This document shows positions 40,768 to 53,213 of a stretch of 64,000 nucleotides of DNA, piece by piece (position 1 is the first letter of the stretch; each line of letters begins with the position of its first letter). The stretch lies in NCBI GenBank assembly GCA_965248695.1, contig CBDFKD010000002.1:864001-928000 (forward strand). The letters are read 5' to 3'. The position numbers and the translations under genes are program-made. The DNA is from Acidobacteriota bacterium (lineage in GTDB: Bacteria; Acidobacteriota; UBA890; WLXD01). The notes under the pieces were generated by a model, which saw nothing but the letters and a program-made list of their open reading frames with translations, was not told the origin of the DNA and did not search any database.

Positions 40768-41310
40768 ATGAACGAAACGACCACGCTGGGAGGCGGCTGC
40801 TTCTGGTGTCTGGAAGCCGTTTACAGCGAGCTTTCCGGCGTCGAGAGCGTCACGTCCGGCTACGCTGGCGGGCACGTCGAGGATCCGAGCTACGAGGAAG
40901 TCTGCACCGGGTCGACGAACCATGCGGAGGTGATTCGCATGGAGTTCGATCCCAACATCATTGCCTTCGGTGAATTGCTCGAGGTCTTCTTCGGCATCCA
41001 TGATCCGACGACGCTGAACCGTCAGGGCGCCGATGTCGGCACCCAGTATCGATCGGCGATCTACTACGAAACCCCGGACCAGGGTGCTCTGGCGGAGGGA
41101 CTCATCGCCCGTCTCAACGCCGAGCAGCTGTTCGACGACCCGATCGTTACCGAGGTGGCCCCCCTCGACACGTTCTATCCGGCAGAGGCCTACCATCACG
41201 ACTACTACGCCCGAAACACCGGCATGCGGTACTGCCAGGTCGTCATCGGCCCGAAGATCGCCAAGCTGCGCCAGCAGTTCGCCACGAGGCTGAAAGAAAC
41301 GGCCCATTGA
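40768..41310 (+). CDS. msrA: Peptide methionine sulfoxide reductase A
   Basis: GGGCFWC, GYAGG, HDPTTLNRQGADVGTQYRS, AEAYHHDYY, YC. Confidence 0.97.
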   Translation: MNETTTLGGGCFWCLEAVYSELSGVESVTSGYAGGHVEDPSYEEVCTGSTNHAEVIRMEFDPNIIAFGELLEVFFGIHDPTTLNRQGADVGTQYRSAIYYETPDQGALAEGLIARLNAEQLFDDPIVTEVAPLDTFYPAEAYHHDYYARNTGMRYCQVVIGPKIAKLRQQFATRLKETAH

Positions 41311-41867
41311 ACCGGGTTCAGCAGGCGCTCCACACGCGCACGACGGTGCACAAGTACACCCCGGGTACGATTCCCGAGGGGTGCCTCGAGCGGGCGCTCG
41401 AAACGGCGCTCGCCGCTCCCAACCACCGCATGACAGAGCCCTGGCGGTTCGTCAGCGTCGGGCCGCAGACCCGGGAGCAACTGAGCCATATCGCCGTGCA
41501 GCTCAAGGCCGCCAAGCTGGGCGACAGCGCCGAGCTCCGCCAGGTGATCCGCGCCAAGTTCCTCCACCCCACACACCTGCTGGTGGTGTGTCAGGAGATC
41601 GAACAGGACGCCGCCATCGCGCGGGAGGACTACGCCGCCATCGCCTGCGCGATCCAGAACTTCATGCTGTCGCTGCACTCCGAAGGCGTCGGCTCGAAAT
41701 GGAGCACCAGCAAGGTGATCCAGCAGCCCGAGACCTACCGGATCCTGGAGATCGATCCCCAGGTGGCCGAGATCGTGGCGTTCGTCTGGGTCGGGCTGCC
41801 AGCGGAGGAGCCGACCAAGCGGGCTCGAAGCCGCGACCTAGACGGCATATGGCGACGGTTACCCTGA
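41307..41867 (+). CDS. Nitroreductase family (YdjA-like)
   Basis: RTTVHKY, APNHRMTEPWRF, CAIQNFML, GVGSKWST. Confidence 0.9.
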   Translation: MNRVQQALHTRTTVHKYTPGTIPEGCLERALETALAAPNHRMTEPWRFVSVGPQTREQLSHIAVQLKAAKLGDSAELRQVIRAKFLHPTHLLVVCQEIEQDAAIAREDYAAIACAIQNFMLSLHSEGVGSKWSTSKVIQQPETYRILEIDPQVAEIVAFVWVGLPAEEPTKRARSRDLDGIWRRLP

Positions 41868-41926
41868 ACTTCCGCTCCGCTGAACAACCGCCGCACCCAG
41901 CCGCACCACGCCTTCGCCGCGGCCGG

Positions 41927-42298
41927 CTAGAAGAACTGGTCGATGAGCACCGCGTTGCCGTCCGGATCCAGAAAGCTGATGTGCCCAGGCCCCTCGGTGT
42001 CGGCGTCGACCTCGTGCTCCAGCGCCACGCCCTGCTCCTTGAGACTCGCCTGGATCTGGCGCACGTCGGTGAAATCCTCGACCCGATCGGTGTTGTTGTC
42101 GAGGCCCGGATTGAACGTCAGGATGTTGTTCTCGATGATGCCCTGGAACAGCCCGATGATGGTGATGCCGTTCTTGAGGATCAGCCAGTTCTCCGACTCG
42201 TTGCCGCCGGTGACTTCGAAGCCGAGCTTCCCGTAGAATTCGTGCGACGCTTGCAAGTCCTTCACCGCCAGGCTGACGGAGAATGCTCCCAATTCCAT
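41927..42298 (-). CDS. VOC/glyoxalase family protein
   Basis: [10 protein letters not shown]...FYGKLGF...LTFNPG...[11 protein letters not shown]. Confidence 0.92.
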   Translation of the reverse strand: MELGAFSVSLAVKDLQASHEFYGKLGFEVTGGNESENWLILKNGITIIGLFQGIIENNILTFNPGLDNNTDRVEDFTDVRQIQASLKEQGVALEHEVDADTEGPGHISFLDPDGNAVLIDQFF

Positions 42299-42374
42299 CG
42301 TCGATCGTCCTTTCTGTCCGTGTGAAGTATGCGTCTGTCCCTGGGATGTGTGCGGCGATCGTAGCAGGCGCAGA

Positions 42375-43580
42375 ATGATCCGAAACCCTCAACGCCGCCG
42401 ACCGCCGGTCCGGTCCGACGAGCTGCCGTCAGCGTGGACGACCCGCGCGGCCGTGTGCGCGGTGGTGCTTGCCACGGCGACGCTATCGGCGGCGGCGAAC
42501 CAGCAACCCGACGTCGTTGCCATCGCAGAGCAAATCCTGGCGCGCACCGACCTGCAGGAGGGCGAGCGCGTGCTGCTGGTGGCCCGGCCCGGCCGTTTCG
42601 ACGGGCTGGCTGCGGCGCTACGTCGCGGCGTGCGTGCCGCCGGCGCCACCGATCTCGGCGCCGTCCTGGCCTCCGGAACCGCGACGGTGGGAGAGCCCGC
42701 CGAGTTCGCCGAGAGCCTGGTGCGGCTGCCGCGAGCGCAGCTGGTGGCGAGGCTCGCCGATGTCGATCTGGCGGTGATGCTGCCAGACGCAACCCCCGCC
42801 GACCTGGTGTACGCCGCCATGCAGGACGTCCTGTGGCAGGGGCGCGGGCGCACCATCCACTTCCACTGGTCCGGAGCTTATGAGCTTTCGGGCAACTTGC
42901 GTCCGGTCGATGCCGAAGTGAACGTGCTGTACGCCCGAGTCCTGCGCGACACCGACTACGAGGCGCTTGCCGCCATCCAGCAACGCTTCGAGGCCGCCAT
43001 GCGGAACGCCGAGGTACGCGTCACCACGCCAGCGGGCACAGATCTGCGCTTCCGCATCGGCGATCGACCGGTGACGCGCCAGGACGGCAACGCCTCCGCT
43101 GCCCGCGCCGCCAACGCCCTCAACCTCATCGACCGCGAGATGGAGCTGCCAGCCGGAGCGATTCGAGTCGCACCGATCGAGGAGACCGTACAGGGGACGA
43201 TCGCCTTCCCGCCGTCACTGTGGAACAGCACGATGGCCGAGGGCCTGGTGCTGACATTCCATGACGGCGTCGTAGTGGCGGCAACAGCGGATGTCGGGCT
43301 CGATGCCGCAGAGGCCGTGTTGCGACGCGGCGGCATCTCGGCGCGCTCGTTCCGCGAGTTCGCGCTCGGCTTCAACCCCCTGCTGGCCATCCCGGAGACT
43401 GACCCGTGGATTCCGGATTACGGCTACGGCGCCGGCGTGGTGCGACTGTCGTTGGGTGACAACTCGGAGCTCGGAGGCAACGTCGGCGGCGGCTTCGTGC
43501 GCTGGAACTTCTTCGTCGACGCCACGGTCAGCGTCGATGGCGACGTCTGGGTGCAGGACGGCACGCTTCTGCCCCTCTAG
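42375..43580 (+). CDS. M29 aminopeptidase-fold protein with divergent active site
   Basis: [44 protein letters not shown]. Confidence 0.65.
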   Translation: MIRNPQRRRPPVRSDELPSAWTTRAAVCAVVLATATLSAAANQQPDVVAIAEQILARTDLQEGERVLLVARPGRFDGLAAALRRGVRAAGATDLGAVLASGTATVGEPAEFAESLVRLPRAQLVARLADVDLAVMLPDATPADLVYAAMQDVLWQGRGRTIHFHWSGAYELSGNLRPVDAEVNVLYARVLRDTDYEALAAIQQRFEAAMRNAEVRVTTPAGTDLRFRIGDRPVTRQDGNASAARAANALNLIDREMELPAGAIRVAPIEETVQGTIAFPPSLWNSTMAEGLVLTFHDGVVVAATADVGLDAAEAVLRRGGISARSFREFALGFNPLLAIPETDPWIPDYGYGAGVVRLSLGDNSELGGNVGGGFVRWNFFVDATVSVDGDVWVQDGTLLPL

Positions 43581-43642
43581 CCGTCACAGCTGCTCGATCT
43601 CGCGCCCTGAGGTCATCGGGTCGTCGAGGGGCACATCGGCGG

Positions 43643-45995
43643 TCAGCGGGCCGAGGTCCACTCCAGGCCGACCCGGAACGATCTGGGCGCACCGGGCCCG
43701 AGGAATCTCGGATCGTCGAACCTGCCCTCGAAGACCTCCCCCGGCTCGCCCAGCACACACGAACGTAGCGTATTCGGCGGCGAACAGATTACGGACGGCG
43801 GCATAGAGCGTCACATTCCCGCGCAGCGCATATGACCCCATCGCGTTGACCACGGTGAAGCCAGGCAGGGGCGCCAGCAGGTTCGCCTCATCGCCGCGTA
43901 GGTAGCGCTCTGAGCTGGCCGCCATGTCGAACGCCAAGTCCAGCGCCTCGCCAACCCCGACGCTCAACCCGACCTTGAGATTGTTCCGAGGAACGCCCGG
44001 AATGACATCACCAGGCTCAATACGAATCTCGCCGCCGACCGCCAGCGGGTGATCGGGGCTGATGACCGTTAGCGCAGTGCCGAACGTCGGCCGTAGCGCC
44101 ATGTACTCGAAGAACCAGCGCAGCCGGCCGGCAAGCTGACCCGAAGCGCCGAGCTCGAACCCCCGGCGTCGCGTTTTCCCGACGTTGTCGAAAAACCCCT
44201 GGCCGCGCAACGGGCCGCTGCTGATGAACAGGATGTCGTCGCGGTTGACGCTCCCGAACACGACAGCGCGGAGCTGTATTCTCGGCCACCGCACCCTCAG
44301 TCCCCCCTCCCAGGTTCGGGTCACCACCTGCTCCAGTGGCGGGTCGGCGAGGAAGGCGTTGGGCAGTCGACACGGGGCCGCGGGATCGGCGCAGGTGAGC
44401 TCGACCGGCGTAGGGGCCCGGGAAGACTCCGAGTAGCCAGCAAACGCCGAGAGCCGGGTGGAGAGCTGGGCGGTCAATCCCCCCGAGAGGTTGAGTCGAC
44501 GGAAGGAGTGGTCGCCGTTCAAGTCGTCGCCGAGAGCATCGACGAGCTTGATCCGAGTGTCGTTGTAACGACCCGATACGGTCACCGAGACGCGCGGCGC
44601 CACGGTCAGCGTATCGGTGGCGAACAGGCCCAGATTGCGGCTCGACGAAGTTACACCGACGAGCGAGTCGAGCCAGACGACTCCGAGACCACGGGCGCTG
44701 CGGTCCGGCGCCAGCGTCGCAAGCTCCGATCTGGAAGCGAAGCGCGACGTGCCGCCGTCGTAGCCGATGCCGAGGATCATCTGGTTGTCACGGCCCAGCA
44801 GATGCCGTTGCACCGTCGCCTGCAGAGCGCCGCCGTAGCCTCGCTGGCCCGTCTCGCTGGTGTTGTTGATCGCATCGAGGCCTTCGACGCTCACCCGCGC
44901 CGGGTTGCCGCTGGTGTCAAGAACCACCTGTTGGCCGTTGTCGTCGAAGCAAACCAACCCTGTCGCGCTCGCGGCCGTACAGGCTTCGAAGTCGGCCGTG
45001 TCGGCGTTGAGGGTCTCGATGTCATTGCGCCGGAAATAGCCACGCGCATCGAGCGCCGTTCCTTCGGCGAGCTCGTGGCGCGCCCCGATGTTGATCAGAA
45101 TCAACGCGTTGTCGGTGACGTCCGGATGCGTGAAGACGGCCGTTCGATCCTCCTGCAACAGCTCGACGGGTGCGGCGCCGTTGCCCTGAAGCTTGTTGTC
45201 AGCGCCGGTAAGGCTGGCGTCGAACGCCGTTGACCGTCCCTGCCAGCTCAACTTGCCGAACAGTCGGCGCACTCGCGACGGCGAGAAGTCGCGCCAACCG
45301 TCCTCGGACATCAGGCTGCCGGTACCGTAGTAGCCGAGCCGACCACTGCGTCCACCGCTCTCCAACGACACGCCGCGTTGCCCGAATGAGCCGGCGTCGG
45401 CCTCCAGCCCGTGGCTGCGGTGGGTCAGCCCCGACTTCGTTCGGATGGAGATCGTGCCGCCCAGAGTATTGAGCCCGTACAGAGGATTGGAGCCCGAAAC
45501 CAGCTGGATGGAGGAGACCGCGGACTGCGGCACGAGGTCCCAGTGCACGGTGTCGCCGAAAAGCTCGTTGAGCCGCACCCCGTCCTGGTAGACGGACAGC
45601 CCCTGCGGAGATCCCAGCAGCGGCGAGGCGGAGTAGCCGCGGAAGTGAATGTCGGGCTGGAACGGGTTGTTCTGCGCCTCGACCACGTGCACGCCGCCGA
45701 ATCCGCGCTGCAACAGATCGCCGAGGTCGCGGGCGCGAAACCGGCCGATCTCCGCTGCCCGCAGGATCTGCACGCTGCCCGGGAACCTGTCGACGTCGAC
45801 ACCGGCACTGTCGATCGGGGTCACGCCGATGACGGTAATCTCCTCGACGACCGTGGGTGGCTTGGGTTTCTCCTGTTCGTCCTGACTCTCCTGCGCCCGG
45901 GCGACAAACGGGACGCCTAGTGCCGAAATCACGCACAGCGCTACCACCGCGACAGGCAGTCGCACAGGCGTGCTCTTCAGGGTCACCGGAGTCAT
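43643..45995 (-). CDS. TonB-dependent receptor, frameshift near the 3' end (about 43758)
   Basis: EEITVIG TonB box; plug QNNPFQPDIHFRG...DGVRLNE; correcting the frame gives a canonical end PGAPRSFRVGLEWTSAR* at 43643. Confidence 0.9.
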
Positions 45996-46156
45996 CAGAT
46001 TCGCCGGAGCGATCGGACGTTCATCGAACAACTTCCCCCTCGTCGCGCAGAGCATACCGGCTGCGGCTGACGCTCCCGCTGCCCGGGCGCGCTAGCACCC
46101 GCCTGGCTGCAGCGGCAAGATAACGCTGCTCGATTCCTCGCCGACCGGAGGCCTCC

Positions 46157-47215
46157 TTGGCACAAGCGCACCGTATCGCCGTCATCTCGGGAGACGGAGT
46201 AGGCCCGGAGGTAGTGCGCCAAGGACTTCGTGTGCTGCGCGCCGCCGCCGAGCGCTTCGGGTTCGGCATCGACGCCACCGAGTACCCGTTCGGCACCGAG
46301 CACTGGCTGCGCACCGAGGAGATCTTCCCCGAGAGCGCCACCGCCGAAGTCCTCGAGCACGACGCGGTGCTGCTGGGTGCCATCGGCGACCCACGTGCCC
46401 CGGTGGGCCTCATCGAGCGCGGCATCATCGGCCACCTGCGTTGGGACCTCGATCTGTACGTCAACCTGCGACCGATCAAGCTGCTGCACGAGCGCTTCTG
46501 TCCGCTCAAGGGCAAGGGCCCGGCCGACATCGACATGCTAATCGTGCGCGAGAACACCGAGGACGCCTACGTGCAGCAGCCGGTGTTCGAGAACCAGGGA
46601 GCAGCCGATGAGGTCGCCTCGCAGTCGATGCGCTACACGCGCGCCGGCACCGAACGCATCATCCGCTACGCGTTTGAGCTGGCGATGACCCGGCCGCGCA
46701 AGCAGCTGCTGCTGATCGACAAGGCCAACGCCGTGCGCGCCCAGGACATCTACACTCGTGTCTTCGCCGAGGTCGCCGCAGACTACTCGGAGATCACGAC
46801 CGACCACGCCTACATCGACGCCGCCTGCATGTGGATGATCAAGAATCCCGAGTGGTTCGACGTTGCGGTGACCACCAACCTGTTCGGCGACATCATCACC
46901 GACGTCGGCGCGATGATTCAAGGCGGCATGGGCGTCGCCGCCTCGGCCAACCTGCACCCCGGCAAGCTGGGGTTGTTCGAGCCGATCCACGGCTCGTTTC
47001 CGAAGGCCGCTGGCCAGAACACGGCCAATCCCCTGGCCACGATCAGCGCGGTGGCCTTGATGCTCGACTACCTCGGAGAATCGGAGGCAGCCCGGGCAAG
47101 CGAGGCGGCGATCGCGGAGCTGGTGAACGCTGAACGCATCACCTCGCTCAGCGCCGGCGCCACGCCGACCGACGAGCTCGGCAGCATGGTCGTCGAGCAA
47201 CTGCGCGACGGCTGA
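46157..47215 (+). CDS. Isocitrate/isopropylmalate/tartrate dehydrogenase family (LeuB-like)
   Basis: [40 protein letters not shown]. Confidence 0.9.
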   Translation: MAQAHRIAVISGDGVGPEVVRQGLRVLRAAAERFGFGIDATEYPFGTEHWLRTEEIFPESATAEVLEHDAVLLGAIGDPRAPVGLIERGIIGHLRWDLDLYVNLRPIKLLHERFCPLKGKGPADIDMLIVRENTEDAYVQQPVFENQGAADEVASQSMRYTRAGTERIIRYAFELAMTRPRKQLLLIDKANAVRAQDIYTRVFAEVAADYSEITTDHAYIDAACMWMIKNPEWFDVAVTTNLFGDIITDVGAMIQGGMGVAASANLHPGKLGLFEPIHGSFPKAAGQNTANPLATISAVALMLDYLGESEAARASEAAIAELVNAERITSLSAGATPTDELGSMVVEQLRDG

Positions 47216-47294
47216 TGGCTATTCCTCGGACGGCATTCGTCGACCAGGCGCCTTCGCTGGTCGCTGCAGGCCAGCTCGGCGAGGAATAGGCACA

Positions 47295-47993
47295 GTGCGC
47301 GTGCTGCTGCTGCAAAACTGCGAGCTGGAGACCTTCGGTCGCTACGCGGAGTACCTCTCCACCAACGGCGTCGAGAACAGACTGGTGCCCGCGTATTCCG
47401 GCGTCGAGATACCCGCCGACGAGACCTGGGACGCCATCCTCGTGGGCGGCACGCCGATCAGCGCCTACGACGCCGACGACCACGAGTTCCTGCGCCACGA
47501 GCTCAGCTTCCTCCGCGAGGCTATCCACCAGGACATCGCCTGCCTCGGTGTCTGCTGCGGTGGCCAGATACTCGCCAGCCTGCTTGGAGGCACCGCCCGT
47601 CCGCAGGGGTACCGCGAGCTCGGCGTCTACGAGGTGGAGATCGACGAGAACGCCACGGTCGACCCGCTGTTTCGCGGTTTCCCGTCGAGCTTTCCGGTGT
47701 TCCACTGGCACGGCGACACCTTCGATCCCCCACCCGACGCTCAGGTGCTCGTACACGGCCTCGATGGCGGCCAGCAGGCGTTCCGCCGCGGTCGTCAGGC
47801 CGGCGTGCAGTTTCATCTGGAAACCTCGGCCACCGAGGCCGCGAAGTGGGCCGAGGCGTACGACGACGAGCTACAGGACTTCGGTGGCAGCGCGGTTGCG
47901 ATCCTGCGACGATGCGCCCGAACGGAGGCTGCTCGTTTCCAACTTGCCGATCAACTGATGGAAAACTTCCTGCGCATTGCAGCCGGCGCCTGA
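47295..47993 (+). CDS. Type 1 glutamine amidotransferase
   Basis: LGVCCGGQ nucleophile elbow, HWHGD, VQFHLE. Confidence 0.9.
   Translation: MRVLLLQNCELETFGRYAEYLSTNGVENRLVPAYSGVEIPADETWDAILVGGTPISAYDADDHEFLRHELSFLREAIHQDIACLGVCCGGQILASLLGGTARPQGYRELGVYEVEIDENATVDPLFRGFPSSFPVFHWHGDTFDPPPDAQVLVHGLDGGQQAFRRGRQAGVQFHLETSATEAAKWAEAYDDELQDFGGSAVAILRRCARTEAARFQLADQLMENFLRIAAGA
47937..47990 (+). repeat. Direct repeat copy 1 (3' end of the GATase gene)
   Basis: 46/54 identical to 48668-48721. Confidence 0.85.
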
Positions 47994-47994
47994 C

Positions 47995-48363
47995 TCACGC
48001 GGAGCCTCCCAAACCGATCAGCGCCGCCAGCTTGCCGCGCACCTCGGCGAGAATCGCCGGCGGCACGGATCCCCCTGCGTAGCCAATCGGGCGAGCCTGC
48101 GTATCAATACTGCGCACGTGGCTCGTCAGCACCTCCCCGGCGACAGGCAGTCCGTCTGGCAGCACCACGCTGGTGGCAAAAGGTCGGACGTGGGCTGTGA
48201 TCGGGCACACGATCGCGAAGCGGCTGGCGCGATAGAACGCTACCGGCGACAGGACCAGCGCCGGCCGTCGGCCGCCCTGCTCACGGCCGACGCGCGGGTC
48301 GAAGTCCGTCCACACCAGATCGCCGCTGTGGGCCTCGTAGCCGTGCGCCTCAGAGGCGCTCAA
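47995..48363 (-). CDS. mazF: MazF/PemK endoribonuclease toxin
   Basis: GDLVWTDFDPRVGREQGGRRPALVLS...VCPIT...VRSID. Confidence 0.92.
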   Translation of the reverse strand: MSASEAHGYEAHSGDLVWTDFDPRVGREQGGRRPALVLSPVAFYRASRFAIVCPITAHVRPFATSVVLPDGLPVAGEVLTSHVRSIDTQARPIGYAGGSVPPAILAEVRGKLAALIGLGGSA

Positions 48364-48602
48364 TCGACAACCTCGCCACCGACATCCGGGCCCCAGTCAA
48401 AGGCCTCATGCATGGTCTCCGGCGTCACCCCGTCGAGCAGATCCTCGAGCCTGTACACCGGTCGCTCCACCGCGATGATGACCCTGTTGTCTTCAGCCGT
48501 GATCTCCACACGCGCACCGGCGCGAAGGCCCACACGCGCCGCAATGTCCTTCGGCACGCGAACGCCAAGGCTGTTACCCCATTTGGCAACGCTCACCTGC
48601 AT
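48360..48602 (-). CDS. mazE: MazE (AbrB-fold) antitoxin
   Basis: VAKWGNSLGVRVP...YRLEDLL...DWGPDVGGE; 4-bp overlap with the toxin. Confidence 0.93.
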   Translation of the reverse strand: MQVSVAKWGNSLGVRVPKDIAARVGLRAGARVEITAEDNRVIIAVERPVYRLEDLLDGVTPETMHEAFDWGPDVGGEVVD

Positions 48603-48636
48603 GGTCAGACCTCGGGTCGAGTGATTGGGATATTCT

Positions 48637-48648
48637 TAGGATATCCTA
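48637..48648. promoter_or_regulatory. Palindromic operator upstream of mazE
   Basis: Perfect 12-bp palindrome TAGGATATCCTA with an adjacent half-copy GGATATTC. Confidence 0.6.
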
Positions 48649-48667
48649 CGAATTCCAGCCAAGTAGC

Positions 48668-48721
48668 TTCCACGTTGCAGATCAACTGATGGCAAACTTC
48701 CTGCGCATCGTCGCCGGCACC
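48668..48721 (+). repeat. Direct repeat copy 2 (orphan GATase 3' end)
   Basis: Translates FHVADQLMANFLRIVAGT versus FQLADQLMENFLRIAAGA in the intact gene. Confidence 0.85.
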
Positions 48722-48795
48722 GGAAAGCCGCGGCAGAACGACTCACGCGACTGACCCCTCATAGAGACCGGCAGCTGTCCACGCTTGGAGGAACC

Positions 48796-49122
48796 ATGAA
48801 GCCGCGGTCGAACGTGGCATCGGCAGCGCTGCTGGGCCTCATCGCCGGCTGGGTGCTGCAATCCACAGGCGTGGCGCAGGGATCCTTCGTGGTCTATGCG
48901 CTGGCGCTCGCCACGACCGGTCTCGTTGGCGCTGCCCTTTCCGGGAATATCTTTGCGGCGCCCGTCGGACTGATAGTCGGGCAGCTGCTCGCAACGCTGC
49001 TGATGTCGCGAATCCCGCTGACGCCCGAGATCGTCGTGGCCGTCCCGTCGGCTGCGATCGCAATACTAGCCGGAATGGCGGGGAGACCGCTGCACCGGCG
49101 GTTTTTCCAGAGCAGACCGTAG
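48796..49122 (+). CDS. Small membrane protein
   Basis: GGAGG RBS; four hydrophobic helices. Confidence 0.65.
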   Translation: MKPRSNVASAALLGLIAGWVLQSTGVAQGSFVVYALALATTGLVGAALSGNIFAAPVGLIVGQLLATLLMSRIPLTPEIVVAVPSAAIAILAGMAGRPLHRRFFQSRP

Positions 49123-49197
49123 GCTCAGTCAGCGCAGGACGTGCCAGCAGTCGGAATCACGACAACCGCGGTGCCTTCGGCCAACCCCGTCCGGACT

Positions 49198-50259
49198 CTA
49201 GTCCCGACGGACCCCAGGCTGATCCCCTAGGATCCGTTCCAGCAGACGATCGAGCTGCTTCTGTAGGGGCCCTGCTTCAGGATGGTCCACGGCATCGTTC
49301 GTGGCGTACACGGCTCCGGCGCCGTAAAGATACACGTCGTAGCCAGCGAATTGGCTCGAAATAGTAGCGACGATCGGCACACCGTAGCTAGCCTCGCCTG
49401 CCGACCAGCGATGTAGCACGACATGCCCCCCCGCCTCGATGTATCGCTGCAGAGTTTGCTGACCGCGTGAGTTGTTGACTCGGCTCACCTGCCCGCCCTT
49501 GTTGCCGTGACTCGCTGACGGGAGGACAACGGCCGCGGTCCCGTCGGGAATCCCGCCGAGCAGGTCATCGGGCGGATGGACGAAGAGATTGATCCCACGT
49601 ACATGGCCTCGGGCGGTCAATGCTTCTTCAACCTCGCGATCATCCCAGGGCTCATAGGCCTTGTATACCCGAACGGTCGGGTGCCAGGGCGGGACCCCTG
49701 CATTGTCATCCACGACTGTACGCTCGACGGACTCTGTAAGGTACGAGGGGCGGCCCCGCACCGTCGTACCGAAGGTCTTCTCCCCGTCTCGGGCGGCGGA
49801 ACTGCCGATGAGAGTAGTGTCAATGTAGGCCTCTGTCGGTTCAGAAACGTCTATATCGCTGAAGGCGTGTAGCGAGTAGCAAACGACTGCGTCGAAGGGC
49901 GCCTTCTTGTCTCGGTAGCCGCGTTTCTTGGGTCCCAGCAACCGCTCAGACAAGATCCCAGGCCTTGTTCTGGTCAGCTTGTAGCCGGTGGCGTTTTTCG
50001 GCTTGTCCTGCCATCGCACCTGCACGATGGCAGCATCTTCCTTCAGAGTCGCTCCCTCGGATTCCAGCCGCAATCCGGTTGGTGGCACTATGAAGGTGGT
50101 AGAGGCCTGCTGGTAAACCGTATGGGTGCTCTTGCCGAACGTGATGGCCGCGTGGCGGCGGCCTTCGCCTGCGCCGAGAGCGCGAACATCGTACGCGACT
50201 TCGTTCGAGCCAATGAAGTTGTTGGGGTCGCTGGCGACCCGTAGCCAACTGGCGGTGCT
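49198..50259 (-). pseudogene. 5'-truncated surface protein (BACON-like + FN3-like + alpha/beta domain)
   Basis: STASWLRV...VAYDV...RHAAITFG (BACON-like); PPTGL...VRWQD...GYKLTR...YRD...CYSLHAF (FN3-like); no start codon before the kinase junction; lower GC than the flanks. Confidence 0.6.
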
Positions 50260-51756
<1,497 letters not shown>

Positions 51757-51757
<1 letters not shown>

Positions 51758-52332
51758 CAGGACGCTGTCTGCCGCCGCAGACGGTCGCTCAACGTGCGCT
51801 TAGCAGTGCGCCACTCACGTTCGACGGTCGAGACCGACATCTCCAGCGCTGCCGCGGTTTCCTCGACGGTCATGCCGGCGAAATAACGACACTCCACCAC
51901 CCGCACCGTGCGTGCCGACGTCGCTTCGAGGTCGCCGAGGGCAACATCGACAGCGAGAATCGTGTTCAGGTCGGCCGTCGAGGCGCCATACTGCTCCTGG
52001 AAGTCCGTCTGCACCCGATCGCCGCCGCGCTTGCCGCGCTGATTACGCCGCGCATAGTCGACAGCAATATGCCGCATGACCCGCGCCGCGGCGGCAAAGA
52101 AATGGCCACGATCGCGCCAGTCGCCATGTCCACCCGCCAGCTTGAGGTAGGCCTCGTGCACCATCGCGGTGGTATCGAGCGTTGCGTCGGGACCGGACCG
52201 CCAGCGTCGCGCCAGCCGTCGCAGATCCGGATACAGCACCTCCACTAGCTGGTCGAACGCAGTTTCATCGCCGGCACGGTGGGCATCCAGAAGCGCGGTA
52301 ACATTCTGGCCGCGATTCGGGCTGCGCGTCAT
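51757..52332 (-). CDS. Kinase-associated ECF sigma factor (ECF43/TIGR02999-like)
   Basis: LDTTAMVHEAYLKL, DRGHFFAAAARVMRHI, KRGG, VVECRYFAG, TVEREW; 1-bp overlap with the kinase. Confidence 0.9.
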
Positions 52333-52511
52333 TGCTACCTCGAGCATCGGGGACGTCGGATCGGATCTGCACAAGCCCGGAGCTCAGGGAGTGGCACCCG
52401 ACGCCGACGGTCGCTGGCCCGACTATTACCATGGCCCGTGCAACCTACACCAGGGGCCACAGAGCCTCAGAAAGCGACTGCGGAGCGCTCCCGCCCGGCG
52501 TCGACCGCCGC

Positions 52512-52946
52512 TCAGACGGCGTTCAGCTGCCCAACCTGGTCGGGCTGGCCGAGTGTCGTGAATCCCTCGGCCGAGAAGTCGGCGTCATACGTGAAGACGT
52601 GGCGCAGGCCCAGCTCCTCCATCACGACGAAGCTCGTACAGTCGACCAGGCTGAGGCCACGGTGCCCACGCAGGTCGAATCGTCGGGACGCACGGTCGTG
52701 CAGGGTCTCGTCGATCCACGTAAGTCGCAGCACCGGGCGGAGGTCGTGCTCGACTCGACGGGCCGCGTCGATGCCTACCCTGGCCTGAAGCACGGCTTGC
52801 GTTTCCAATAAGACGTAGTTGCTGCTGTGCAATGCGATGTCGAGGTCTAGCAAACGCTCCAGGGTCGCCGCCGCATCGGCGTGCATCGAATCGTTGCGCA
52901 CCAGAGCCGCGAAGATGGCGGCGCTGTCGACGAAGACCCCGTTCAC
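52512..52946 (-). CDS. vapC: PIN-domain (VapC-like) toxin
   Basis: VFVDSAAIFA, NYVLLET, SLVDCTSFVVM, FTYDADF. Confidence 0.9.
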   Translation of the reverse strand: MNGVFVDSAAIFAALVRNDSMHADAAATLERLLDLDIALHSSNYVLLETQAVLQARVGIDAARRVEHDLRPVLRLTWIDETLHDRASRRFDLRGHRGLSLVDCTSFVVMEELGLRHVFTYDADFSAEGFTTLGQPDQVGQLNAV

Positions 52947-52956
52947 TAGAGCACGT

Positions 52957-53190
52957 TCACTCAGACACGCTGTCCGCGAAGTACTCGTCGTGGCGCGCGG
53001 AAAGGTCGGCCACGTCGGCCTCGAAGGCACCCACGAGTTTCCGGGCCCGCTCACGCAGGGGGGCCTCGGATTGTCGCATTTGGTCCACGGCCTGCCGGAT
53101 CAGCGAGGCCAGCGACTCGCCCGTCGTGTGTGAGCGCTCCTTGAGGAACCGGTACTGCGCCTCGTCCAGCTGGATCTGAGTACGGATCAT
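52957..53190 (-). CDS. CopG/RHH antitoxin
   Basis: MIRTQIQLDE...SLASLIRQAVD...DLSARHDEY. Confidence 0.88.
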   Translation of the reverse strand: MIRTQIQLDEAQYRFLKERSHTTGESLASLIRQAVDQMRQSEAPLRERARKLVGAFEADVADLSARHDEYFADSVSE

Positions 53191-53213
53191 GGTCAACGAT
53201 CCCGGATCGGTTA

